Of a stretch of DNA of 64,000 bases, positions 51,782 to 63,987 are shown piece after piece; position 1 is the first letter of the stretch; every line of letters begins with the position of its first letter. A program made the position numbers and the translations under genes. The notes beneath the pieces were generated by a model. The model was not told the DNA's origin, searched no databases, and saw nothing but the letters and a program-made list of their open reading frames with translations. This DNA is from Malacoraja senta. Lineage: Eukaryota. Location: NCBI GenBank assembly GCA_038087875.1, contig CM075991.1, positions 6,448,001 to 6,512,000 of the forward strand. Direction: 5' to 3'.

Positions 51782-54700
51782 AATAGTAAGATTAAACGAG
51801 AACTTACCTAAGTTTGAAGTTTGATCTTTATTTTATGAGGAGTTACGTTGGTGATTACGTGAAGAACCCCGCCAGTGCGCCTGCGCGTCAATCTTCGAAG
51901 CAGCGGTGTGAAATCACAAAAAACAACAAGTGAAGTAATATAGTATCATAATAAAACGAGTAATACTAGAACTTCCATCTGACCTTTATGATAGAGGGTT
52001 GGGTCGTGGTGGGCACGTAATCACCAACGCAACTCCTCATAAAATAAAGATCAAACTTCAAACTTAGGTAAGTTCTCGTTTAATCTTACTATTTTACTTC
52101 GGAGTCACGTGAGTGACTACGTGAAGATTTTAAAGCTTTGTGATTTCATGCCGTAGATCAATCCCGGCTTCTCACTGCATTGATTGACTCAGAATGAGAA
52201 TAATCAATAATGCATTAATAATAACATTTGTACCACAAATGCAGTAATTTATTTATTTGAATACAAGAATTAACAGTATCCCCTTTAACCCAGGGAAATT
52301 TAAGCAGAACTTAATATAGTATCTGCAAACAGCCCCGTATTGGCAATAGGCCGATGGTAAAAGTGTTGAAACACCAACTTATTAGATCACCCGGCGGCTG
52401 TGAAAATATGGTCGACGGGACGTCCTTCGCCCTGGTCGTCAATGTTGCTGCTAAACTGAATGGAATGCAAAACCATCAATGTTCACACCTGCAGCAACCA
52501 AAACTTGTTTTTAACCATCTTAAAATAGTCTGAACTGACACTATCTTGTATGGTTTTTCGTGAATGATAAACAATCTTGTTTTCATATTTCATAAGACCT
52601 TTGTAGCCTCAATGTATTGCAACAAATATGTCTTAACATATAGACATGGATCCATAGAATATGCTAATAAAACACTCTTGAATCCTATCACACCTGATCC
52701 TACTTCATTTGAGTAGTTCATAAAATGTAAAACATAACATAATCCTGAGGTACTTCTGTGAATCTGTAACTTTGCAATGTTACAAGTGCCATAAACATGA
52801 GTACCTTCATGCTGAACTTGGCCAAATCAGAATCGTACCAAGACTCCTTTGCTGAAGTAGCTTAAAACAATTCTATATTCCAGATTCCCACCTAGGTTTA
52901 GAAGGTCTGGAATTAAAATTCCTTTCATTAATCTGGAAATAAAAGAACGAGACTCAACAGGATGTCTTTCCAACCTCATCAAATAAAACCGAGGAATAAT
53001 ATACTTCTGTGTGAATAAATCGCACTATACCTCAACCCATTAAATAGAGGTCAATCCAAGATATTTGAGACATGTGCCGTACAACATTCCATATTCTTTT
53101 ATACACAGAAATGTTTTCCCCTCATTCTTTACCTAATGGGAAAGCAGTATTTACAGTCACAAATCAGATTCACAAATGTACTGCTTTTGAATACTCTTCC
53201 GCCAGACTGCTGTAAATATGACCACAGCATGCCCAGACAATCCTCTTTTTTAACCCTGCATCTATACAGGCATATGACGGATGTTACTCTCCAATTATCG
53301 AATACACCAGTAACTTCCTTCTTTTGGGAACATTTATCAGAAACTGTGTCGTAAATTTCAATATCAAAGGGAACCATGGCTGCTTAGACCCGTCTGGTAC
53401 CAACCCAGAGGCAGCATACTGCTTCGTTTTAAGCAGACACCGATTTATGAGACAGGATGAAGTAAAATGCATATAACAACATACCATCCTAATATAGCGA
53501 GAAACATCCATCGCTACTGTCTCCCGATGTAGTCCCATAACGCATATCTCTGTAACTGGTGATTGAGTCTGGATGGAAACAAGTCATATCTGGCTTCCCA
53601 AATCTGACTATTATATCATTAAAACATTTTAAGGTTAAACATCCATTCTTTGTTATCATGGAAATTCCACCCATACAATTAATACATGCCATTGCTGTAG
53701 TGTTGTTAATTTGAAACTGAACATGCAAATTAGTTGTATTTAACAACAAGCTTGTAGCTCATAAGCCTTCCAATAGACTTTAAAACGTCAATTCTCCATG
53801 TCTGTAAATTAATACTTCTTCCATATTCCATGTCCACAGATGGATACCTTTTCAGTGGCACCAATCCTAGTACACTGATATAAGTCTGTTAAGACCATGG
53901 AAGTCTGTTCAATCCGTATCTTGCTTGAACTACTGAAGACATGTTAAATCCACTACTGCAATCAAAAGCAGCATTTGTTGTTTAATTGCATGGCCTATCA
54001 AAAATGGCCATCATGCATCTTAGTGTTTTTTCTTTTTGCAGTCTGCAGCTGCTGGTAGTCCAATGGCCCATATTGTATTACTGGTAATAACACTAATTCT
54101 CCTAACAAACTGGCCACCTGTCTTAATTGAAGATTGTTGCTTTTACAACTGCTTAATACAATCATCAATTAGCTTTACCCTTTACCCTGGGTAAATTACT
54201 ACCTTTTCAATTGAATCAAATAATCAATTGTTGTAAGTATCGTTAACTTAATTTCTCTCTGGATGAATTAAACCCAACTTTCAAAAGTGGTTTGAATAAT
54301 TTGAGAGAGATAACTCACGAATTCTCTTGTTCGTCCTAATTAGGACATCATCCAGTTAAGCCATCCACATCTGTCCTTGGACTCTAATTAGCCGCAAAAT
54401 TGGTTTTACCAATTTAGTGAATTTCTAGGGACTGAAGTCAACCCGTTAGACAGAACTTTGAATTGCCATAATTGTTCCTTTAGATAATTTATCTTATAAA
54501 TGAACAAACATTAAGTAATATACATCTTTCAGATCTATAAGTGCCATAAAACATCTTTTTTGAAATAAATTGTTTGGCAGTCTCAAATTCTCTATTTTGA
54601 AGTGTCTATACTTCACAAAATTTTAAAGACTTGTCAGATCTAAAATACTCCTCACCTTTTTAGGTTGAGAAATTTTAAACACAATTTGGTGGTTTTGATA

Positions 54701-55257
54701 AACCGACCTTTCAATTACTTGTTTCTAAACAAGTTTTCAATTCAGCTTGAACCTCCATCAATTATTTTTATGTGAAATTGGAGTGTTCTGCTTGGAACAT
54801 GCTGGATGGCAAATCAGTATTTGAATCGAATCAATTAGAAACCTTTCTATAATACTCAGAATAATAACTGACGTAATTTGCTTCCAATATATGGCTGTTT
54901 TTGCCTTAATATGTTCCCATAAGAACCAGGTCCACCTACCTCCTTTGTCATCTGAGTGACCTGTGGTCCCTGGCTCCTGGCAGGCAAAACCCACGCTTTT
55001 TCATTTTCCTGCTGCAGGACATCAACTGAGTACCTGCTTCAATGGTCGATTTGCTCCTGATGTCGGTCCAGGATTTTGTATGATGTCTGAAAGGATACGT
55101 CCTCTTTGCAGACTTGACGACCATTGATGTTGTGATCAACTTTGCTGTTTTTGCCTCATTATCCAACTCTTTCCCACGATTCATGAAGAATAAGTTGAAT
55201 GACTGCACATTGCTGGGCTTTACAGAGTTGCTGCAACTCACGTGACTCCGAAGTAAA
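51782..55257 (-). mobile_element. Degenerate DIRS1-like tyrosine-recombinase retrotransposon (gag end, RT, RNase H, methyltransferase-like, YR, ICR, terminal repeat)
   Basis: Minus-strand remnants: RT ILDLTSL*NFVKYRHFKIE, FMALIDLKDVYY, WQFKVLSNGLTSVPR, *LDD; RNase H NNTTAMACINCMGG; MT-like CLINRCL..QPWFP; YR FHSV..AAG*..FQHFYHRPI. ICR 52014-52114 is complementary to both termini (51782-51861 and 55236-55257). Confidence 0.9.
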
Positions 55258-55598
55258 TTTGGTCTTCATTAATAAATGTTGAACAACATGCCATACTCTT
55301 CAGAAAGCCCATCCAAAATCGCAGTGTATTTATGAACAAAACGATGTTATGTAATTCCAGTCACACTTTTACACTGGAGATCCTGGCCTCATTCTCCTTG
55401 CAAAGTTCAAAGTGATGGCCAAATATTTCTGGGAGGATGGGAGTAACTTTATTCCAAGGTGTGATGAATGAACTGGAACTTTATACCTATAATGGGTGAT
55501 AAAACATAGTGACTCTGGGCTTTCAAAGGGAAATTAATAGCCTTTTACAGTATATAGAGTGAAATAGGGTAAGACAGGGTGAATGCACATATTCTTTA

Positions 55599-55920
55599 TG
55601 TTTAAGAAGGAACTGCAGATGCTGGAAAATCGAAGGTAGACAAAAGTGCTGGAGAAACTCAGCGGGTGCGGCAGCATATATGGAGCGAAGGAAATAGGCA
55701 ACGTTTCGGGCCGAAACCCTTCTTCAGACTGATGTAGGGTAGGGGGTGTGGGGAGAAGAAAGGAGAAAGGAAGAGTAGGAGCCAGAGGGCTGAGGGAGAG
55801 TTGAGAAGGGGAGGAGACAGCAAGGGCTACCGGAAATTGGAGAAGTCAATGTTCATGCCGCTAGGGTGCAAACTACCCAAGCGGAATATGAGGTGCTGCT
55901 CCTCCAATTTCCGGTGGTGC
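55599..55920 (-). mobile_element. Penelope-like element 3' fragment: GIY-YIG endonuclease C-terminus, 3' UTR and hammerhead-bearing terminal repeat
   Basis: 55919-55827 on the minus strand translates HHRKLEEQHLIFRLGSLHPSGMNIDFSNFR*, followed by a pyrimidine tract and CUGAAGA-AGGGUUUCGGCCC-GAAACGUU. Confidence 0.85.
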
Positions 55921-55980
55921 TTTATTCTTATTCTTTAATTTGGAGTGGGGAATCCAGCGTACAGGTCATAGATTTAATAT

Positions 55981-56120
55981 CCGCTTCTTCTTGCGTATGG
56001 CGTGCACAGCCTAAAGTTGTTGGTCAACTTGTTCTATTTGATCTATTTGTTTGTGCATGCCGGGTTGATTGCATTAGTCACAACAGGGTGGACCACATGA
56101 AGGCTGCAATCTCCCACCCC
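55981..56120 (-). mobile_element. ~140-nt ribozyme-headed short retroposon (HDV-like head, 3' stem-loop, (GAA)n tail), copy with intact predicted core
   Basis: Homologous to 14061-14200. Imperfect 11-bp duplication agatttaatat (55970-80) / agacttaagat (56121-31); interrupts a CR1 remnant. Confidence 0.85.
56067..56120 (-). ncRNA. Minimal (P4-less) HDV/CPEB3-like self-cleaving ribozyme, predicted
   Basis: Minus strand reads GGGGUGG GA GAUUGCA GCC UUCAUGU GGU CCACCCU GU UGUGA CUAA UGCAAUC: P1 7 bp with G1.U wobble, P2 7 bp, P3 3 bp, L3, and C-U-A-A in J4/2. Confidence 0.8.
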
Positions 56121-57025
56121 AGACTTAAGATGAGAGGGGAAAAAAATATATTAGGGACCTGAGAAATGATATTTTCACATAGAGGATAGTGTGTGGGTGG
56201 ATGCGAGCTGCCAGAGGAAGTAGTTGAGGCAGGTATAATAACAACATTTAAAAGTAATTTGGACGGATACATCGATCGTGAAGGTCTAGAGTAACATGGG
56301 CCAAACACGAGTAAATGGGACTAGCTAGATGGTGCATCTTTGTCAGCAAGGGCGAGTTGGACCAAAGGGCCTGTTTCCATGCTGAATGACTTTATGACTC
56401 TGCAAGTAAACCACTTAGGGCATATAGATGGAAGCTTTTGCAACCGGTAGCTGGTCTGGAGCTGAGAGATGTGACCGGAAATCAGAGGCAGTTGAGGAAA
56501 AATATGTTCATGTTGCGGAAATGGGGGGATTGTCTAGCCACAAAGAGCAGTTAATGCCAGCAAGAATTACTCTTTTTAGTCTGAGTGCTGTAGGTCTTGC
56601 TGGCGAAGGGTCTAAAGAGATATGGTGCCAAGGCAGGTGGATGGTGTTAGAATAAATATCGGACATGACCTTCACCAGAGATGGAGCAGGTCCAAGGAGC
56701 TGAATCAACTCCTTATCATTTACTTTCACCATGGGGGGAAGTAATGAAGTCCGAGCCTTCCTATTGATGCTATCATCGTTTAATCGGGTCCAGAAATTCT
56801 TTTCAGGTATTCCTTTCCCATAAACTAAATCACAATGTTTTTAAGACTCTGTGTTCCAAAAAGTTTAAATCTTGAATATTTGAAAAGGATAAGCATTTTT
56901 TGTAACTTTTCAGTAAAGATGCACATGGTAAAGCTTAGGAGTAATTGCACCTCTCCAGCTTAGGGCAAGGAGGGGAAAGCATTGCATGATTGCTGATTTT
57001 TTGCATCTTTCTCCCCAATGAACAG

Positions 57026-57086
57026 ATCCTCAAGAAGTCTTGCATCGAGATCCTGGCAGCTGAGCCGTCAAGCATCTGTGCAGGAG
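57026..57086 (+). CDS. ANTXR1: ANTXR1 coding exon 9 (61 nt): ILKKSCIEILAAEPSSICAG[E]
   Basis: Acceptor aatgaacag, donor gtaagt. End of the vWA domain (KSC) and start of the Ig-like region. Confidence 0.97.
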
Positions 57087-57887
57087 GTAAGTGCGTAATG
57101 CCAACATCAAACACATTCGATATTTTGATTTCTCGGGGTTATTGAATCCACTCCAGTAAAAGCACGCAGCCTGGCGGTTTCCTTTCCTCATTCATTTTCA
57201 TATTGCAAGAAAATTTCGTAGGTGCTGAGATTAAGTTTTTCATTCATTCTTAGTTATTCCGTGCTCATTGCCTGTGATCAGCCTATGAGTCAGTTACAGG
57301 ATAAATGTGACATAAAGGTATAACTTTCATGTGGTGAAATGAGGTAGAGACATTCCTGCAAATGTCTCACATTTTCTCTTGAAGTAGTAGATGTTCTTTT
57401 TGCCCTGTTTCCATGCTGCATCTCCAAACTATCTGTAAACTCGAAACACATTGCTCAATAGAGCAGTAGAAATAAATTCTGCAGGACAGGTCCTTCCCAG
57501 GTTACAAACACTGTAAGGCAGCAACTCTACCGCTGCCCCGTACATATGAAGAGCATTTGGGATATTGGCGGGATGGATTGGCCGAGCGCTATGGGCCTGT
57601 GGCATCTTCTGCCAAGTGGGAATGGGGCATTTGTCCATGCCTTCTCTCCCCACCAGCAGCCCAACAATCAAGGACTGAGTGAAGCAGAGCAGAGGTGGGA
57701 GCTTTGAGCAGTCTCCCTCGCTCACTCGCTGAAACAGTGAGGACAGCTGCAGCCATCCTTCTCATGCCTGCTCGCTCTCCAGTCACTGCTGTCTCTGCGA
57801 ATGTCTCCCACCACTGCTTTATTCATTTCCGGAATGCCTGCGTAACCCGGGGACTTCCCCTAGATTTCAAATGGGAATTGGACACAT

Positions 57888-58185
57888 TGGGTGACACAGT
57901 GGCACACCTGCTGCCTCACAACCCCAGAGATCTAGGTTCGATCCTGACCTCGGGTGAAGTTTGCATGATCTCCCTGTGACCTCGTGGGTTTCCTCCAGAT
58001 GCACCGGTTTCCTCCCACATTCTAAAGATGTATGGGTTTGCTAATTAATTGGCCTCTGTAAAATGTCTTTCGTGTGGAGGGAGTGGATACGAAAGTGGAA
58101 TTAATGTGAATGGGTGATCGTTGGTCAGAATGGACTTGGTGGACCAAAGGACTTGTTTCCATGTTGTATCTCGAAACGGAATTAA
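57888..58185 (+). mobile_element. HE1-like SINE
   Basis: Same head, core and tail as the other copies. Confidence 0.8.
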
Positions 58186-58364
58186 ATTTGGAGTGACATC
58201 TGGCAGGTTAATGATGAAAGAGTAGATATGGGAGGTACTGGAATGGTACTGAAAGAAACAGGCATTATTATTGTAGATTTATATTTATTTTTGATATGGA
58301 TATATATATATATTATGCCTTTTGTTTCTCCATATCAGAAGATGGCCGTACCTATTGTCATTTT

Positions 58365-58670
58365 TAGTTTAGCTTAGAGATACACCATGGAAACAGGCCC
58401 TTCGACCCACTGTGTCCACATCGACCAGCGATGCCCGCACACTAATACTATCCCACACACACTAGGGACAATTTACATTTACACCAAGCCAATTAACCTA
58501 CAAACCTGTACGTCTTTGGAGTGTGGGAGGGAATCGAAGATCTCGGAGAAAGCCCACGTGGTCACGGGGAGAACCTGCAAACTCCGTATAGACAGCACCC
58601 GTAGTTGGGATCGAATCTGAGTCACTGGCGCTGTAATGGCAGCAACTCTACCACTGCGCTACCGTGCCTG
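58365..58670 (-). mobile_element. HE1-like SINE, partly tandem-duplicated
   Basis: Same head, core and tail as the other copies. Confidence 0.85.
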
Positions 58671-58915
58671 CCATGTTGCATGAATTAAGTGAACAATTTA
58701 CATTTACACCAAGCCAATTAACCTAGAAACCTGTACGTCTTTGGAGTGTGGGAGGGAATCGAAGATCTCGGAGAAAGCCCACGTGGTCACGGGGAGAACC
58801 TGCAAACTCCGTATAGACAGCACCCGTAGTCGGGATCGAATCTGAGTCACTGGCGCTGTAATGGCAGCAACTCTACCACTGCGCTACCGTGCCTGCCATG
58901 TTGCATGAATTAAGT
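58468..58915. repeat. 225-bp-period tandem duplication
   Basis: 58468-58690 versus 58693-58915; only two substitutions seen. Confidence 0.92.
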
Positions 58916-59857
58916 TTGAACAATAGAACATTACAACACTGGAGGCCTTTCAGCCCATTTAGTGTGTGCCGGGTCTTTCGAAGATCAATCTATTTTGTTC
59001 CGTATCTCTGCTCCTTCCCGAATTCCCAGCAATTGTTTTCTACTTAAAGTGTTTAGAAGAACTATTAAAACGATTTATCAGCCGATGGAGACTTTCCCGA
59101 AAGTAGTCCTCAGAATACATCGGTTGGGGACTGATCCTCATTAAAAGGTTACTTCAAAAGAAAAACACTGAGTTACACGATTGCTATCAGGGGTTGGAGC
59201 ATAAAATGTCAAATATTAATGAATCTTCCTTTGAGTCTACACTCCGACACAAACTTGGTTGTGAGAGTCGGCAGATTTTCAGAACGCCTGGGATGAATTC
59301 AGTTTGCAATATTTTGTATAAAATGGAACATTTCCAACTGTACTTGTGGGATTTAGCTGTAAAATGTGCTTATGGCCATGAATTTTTGTCATGATAACTT
59401 ACGTTTTTTTTCTTTTAAACTTTGGCATCCAACACCACAATTGAGATTATAACGAGCTGACTGTCTCGTAAACCTCTTCCTTTGTTTAAAGTGATGGTGT
59501 CCAAGAATTTTGTGTGCAGCTTTCGAAGTGTTTGTTTCTTTTTATCCTAACAATGCATACCCTAAATCATATGGTATCATTCACTCATCACCTTTTGCTT
59601 ATGTATTCATACAATTTGGCTGAATGACAAGCTTTGATAATGCCCTTGTAAAAGAATCTTGGGACATATTAATTCATTTCTTAGTTGTTTGTGGTATCTT
59701 GCTCATATTTTCCTACCCAACAAATGACTGCAAATTAGTTAACTGGATACATTTGCGAAATAGGAACTGTATTAACTTCTGTTATCGTCAACACTGCAAA
59801 GGGCCCCTTTCAGCCACCTGCATCCATGCCTTGATTCATATCGTGCCTCCATACATA

Positions 59858-60162
59858 CTCTTGCCCAGAGTAGGGGAATCGAGAACCAGAGAGCATAGTT
59901 TTAAGATTAAGGGGGGAAGATTTTATAGGAATCTGAGGGGTAACCTTTTCACACAAAGGGTGGGTGTATGGAACGAGCTGCTGGAGGAGGTGGTTGAGGC
60001 AGGGACTATCGTAACGTTTAAGAAGCAATTAGACAGGTTTAGATAGATTGGATCGAACCGGTTTAGAGGGATATGGGCCAATGGGACTTGTGTAGATGAG
60101 ACATATTGGTCGGTGTAGGCAAGTTGGGACGAAGGTCTTGTTTCCATGCTATATGACTATGA
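59858..60162 (+). mobile_element. CR1-clade LINE 3' fragment (similar remnants near 32700-32915, 33228-33505, 35002-35222, 48235-48575, 55550-56400)
   Basis: End of ORF 59624..60046: LLPRVGESRTREHSFKI..NLFTQRVGVWNEL. Confidence 0.8.
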
Positions 60163-61973
60163 CTAAACTAATCACATTTGTCTGCATCTGTGCTTTTCCT
60201 ATCCAAGTAACTGTGCAAGGGCCTTTTAAGTGTTGTACTTGTATTTCTACTACCTCCTCTGGCAGCTCATTCCAGATAACCACCATCCTCTTGTCCCTCA
60301 GCTCTTTAATGTTGTCCCTCTCACCCTCAACCTGTACCCTCTAGTTCAATATTCCTTTGTCCTGGGTAAATCTAGCCATCATCTATATCTCTCGTAATTT
60401 TAGGAATCTCTATATGGTCAAGAAGAAGGGTCTTGACCCGAAACATCACCCATTCCTTCTGTCCAGAGATGCTGCCTGTCCCGCTGAGTTACTCCAGCAT
60501 TTTGTGTTTAAATAGTGGAGAAGGTTGCTTGTGGTGACGTTGGTAGCTTGAAGAATAAGGGTGGTAGGACTGATTGAGAAGGAACCAGCTACAATGTCTG
60601 TATTACTCTGGCAAATTATCTTTGATTATACAGTCTGTGCTGTGAACATATGAACCTACCACAGGCTCTTGTCCTAAATATCTCAGTCGTATACAATTAC
60701 AGTTGTGTAATTATCCTGGAAAATGAGGCTTTGTAGCACATCGAAAAACATTCCTTTTATTGCAGCCTCTTGTTGCAAGCATGTAAACCAACAATTTTAC
60801 TGACCAAAAATCAGATTTTACGGACAAAACTAGCAGGCTCACTGAAATGTTTTCAAATCACTTGGTGTATAATAACCGTGTAATTGCCGATTTTAGAATG
60901 GCTTCTTTCTTTACACAGATTATCACACAGCTAAAAGTGTAATAGACACTCCACAGGGACATCTTCCACCCACTTTGAGAGACTCCCTGTTCCTTAATTA
61001 CTCTCTAAATGCCTGAACACACAAGTTTGTAATTGAGATACCACTGTCCCTGTGTGCTTACATCATTATTGAACAATGCTCACTTTTCATATCCTATTAT
61101 GCTCTAGCCTTCCCACCCTTATACTAAGTAGAGGTTTCCAATGGTGAGGTCAAAACCTGATTCATATCCAAATTCTTTTTTGTTTTTTACCAGTGCAAAG
61201 GTCAAGTGGATAAAGAATAGAGCAATAGATGTAGATTAGTTAAGGTTTCAGAACTCGGTGTCCATAAATCAAAATGATCACCAACATTTAATATTTGAAG
61301 AAATTTAATCCACCAACTGCAACATCATACCATTTGGGTGGTGTTAGTCCTGAAGAATGCAGTGCAAGTGTGAATTGGTAATGAATGTCCGAACCTCTTC
61401 AGCAAAATGGCAAGTTCCATAGTTGGATTAGCTCATCTCACCTGAGGCATCAGTGGAGCCACTACTGGAAGGATATGGAGAACAGTGGAGCCAAAGCATG
61501 AACGATTTCAAAATATAGTCATACAGATATAAACAGGCCCTTCAACCCATCTCGTCTATGCCAACCAAAATGCCCCATCTAATGTAGCCCCATCTACCTG
61601 CATTTGGCCCAAATCCCTCGTGACCTTTCCCTATCCATGTACCTGTCCAAACTTTCATATGTCCTATATTTCATTGTATGAACTCTATGAAGCTTTAGTT
61701 TGTCCACTTTAAGAGGACAGTCACAGATCCGATCATCATACTGCAGGAGGAGCGATCACCAAAATAAACCTGACCAGCAAGGTTTAATCGCAGAGGCTAA
61801 AAAGGTGACCTGTACATTTTACAAAACAATAATGAAAAAAATGGGGACCCGTCATCATTAAATAGCAGGAAGAGAGGGTGAAGAAGGGGACAAAGCTGAT
61901 TTTGGGGGGTGTCGGGAGTATTGCAGAATTACAATAAGAAGGAGGTAGATAAAATAAATACAATAATAAGGAG

Positions 61974-62113
61974 TTTAAGAAGGAACTGCAGATGCTGGAA
62001 AATCGAAGGTAGACAAAAGTGCTGGAGAAACTCAGCGGGTGCAGCAGCATCTATGGAGCGAAGGAAATAGATGCTGCTGCACCTGCTGAGCTTCTCCAGC
62101 ACTTTTGTCTACC
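61974..62113. mobile_element. Penelope-like fold-back fragment with 15-bp target-site duplication
   Basis: tacaataataaggag at 61959-73 and 62114-28. Confidence 0.8.
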
Positions 62114-62447
62114 TACAATAATAAGGAGAGTATGTCAAGTGTAGGATTACCTTCTTTGCAACAGGAGATACTGAGAGAAGATTTAGTTGAGCTCTACCAG
62201 ACATGGGATAGTTCTTTGATTCTAGTTCTCGTTCGATAAGTTCTATGTTTCTGTGGTATTTATGATATTAGGTTCTAAGCTGAGAGATATCACACCAGCT
62301 GCAGGAGATTCAGAGCTGGCCATAAAGAGGCTTAGCAAACCATCCAGATGAATCACAGCCAGATCATGTCATACCGACTGAAGCCAAAGCATTTGATTAC
62401 TAATCATCGTTGCTATTCTAATGATTATTTTTTTTTCTTACTCTTAG

Positions 62448-62546
62448 AATCGTTTGAAGTTGTCGTGAGAGGGAATGGATTTTCCCATGCTCGTAGCGTG
62501 GATAAAGTTCTCTGCAGCTTCAAAATTAATGAAACTATAACTCTCA
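62448..62546 (+). CDS. ANTXR1: ANTXR1 coding exon 10 (99 nt): [32 protein letters not shown]
   Basis: Acceptor cttactcttag, donor gtaagt. Peptide visible inside ORF 62348..62554; matches the ANTXR1 Ig-like stalk. Confidence 0.97.
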
Positions 62547-63741
62547 GTAAGTGATACCTGAGATGCCGTGATATTTTCTTGACAAAGATGATTTGCAGGT
62601 TTAACTGCAGAGAAGTACTTCATTCAGCTTTTTTGTTTAACGGTGAGGTAGGCAACAAAGAACAAACAAGAGACTTGGCAGTGGAATGGTAGGAAACTAG
62701 TTACCTCTCAAGGCACCGTAAGATTGTTTATAACCATGCCAGTTTATAATCAGCTATCACAAAATCCTGATGGGGTTCGACAGGGTGGATACAGGGAGAA
62801 TGTTTTAGTTGGCTGAGGAATCTAGAACCCAAGGTCACAGTCGCAGAATAAGAGGATGGTCATTTAGGGCTGAGATGGAGAGAGATTTCTTCATGGTGGC
62901 GAATCTTTAGCATGTTCTACCCCCCGGGATTCCAGCTGCTGTGGAGTCTCATTCATTGATAGATTTCTGGATATCAGTTTAGTTTATTGTCACATGCACT
63001 GAAGTACAGTGAAAAGCTTTTGTTGCGTGCCAACCAGTCAGCAGAAAGACAAAAACATAATTACAACCTGGCTATTTGCAGTGTATAGATACATGATAAG
63101 GGAATCAAATGGGATAAGGGAATCTCCCCCTTTTTGGGGATGTAGAGGAAACCAGAGCACCCGGATGAAAACCAAGTGGTCACAGGGAGAACATGCAAAC
63201 TCTACACAGATAGCACGAGGTCAGGATTGAACTTGGGTCTCTCTGAGGCAGCGGAACTACACATTCTTCCACTGTGCTGCTCCATTAATAATGTCCATTA
63301 ATGAAGCAAATAGGCAGATATACTCCCAAATTGACATCTGCGTACATGTTTGTACAAAGTTGGTTACCTCAACTCCCTGAATGCATTTACTCTGGTTTGA
63401 AAGCACAAACATTTCTAGCGTTCAGGACCTTTGAGGTTTGAGGCCCCTGATGTTGCTTTTTTGTAATTATGGAAAAAGCTGATCAGCGCTGTAGAGAAAT
63501 ACAATGATTCAAACAAAACTAAAAACCTTGCCACTGGAGGCCCATCAAGAAATGTCCAGCAGGATCAAAACTGAACTCTCACTCTGTTTCCTGTGAAACA
63601 TGCCTCAAGTTTGTGCAAATGCTTCCCCCTGAACATGTTCCAGTGCTGAATTTGGTGAGTGAGATCTAAAAGTTGAAACGTGATTCGTGGCTGTCTCAGC
63701 CTGCATGTACATTGCTGATTCTGATCAGCAGATTATAATCA

Positions 63742-63987
63742 TTTAGTTCAGTTCAGTTCAGTTTACTTTACTGTCACGTGTACCGAGGTACAGTGAAAAG
63801 CTTTGATTGCGTGCTAACCAGTCAGCGGAAAGACAATACATGATTACAATCCAGCCATTGACAGTGTATAGATACATGATAAGGGAATAACGTTTAGTGC
63901 AAGATAAAGCCAGCAAAGGTCCGATCAAAAATAGTCCGAGGGTCACCAATGAGGTAGATAGTGGTTCAGGACTGCTCTCTAGTTGTA
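63742..63987 (-). mobile_element. Rex1-like 3' UTR (similar copies near 7248-7400, 9175-9335, 21125-21250, 62977-63100)
   Basis: tgtcacgtgtaccgaggtacagtgaaaagc..; homologous to the UTR that follows the Rex1 ORF end at 26590-26718. Confidence 0.7.

Noticed and set aside
53284..53620. Horizontally acquired bacterial or phage adenine methyltransferase
   Set aside because: It sits between RNase H and YR, the normal position of the MT-like domain in DIRS1 elements, and it is disrupted.
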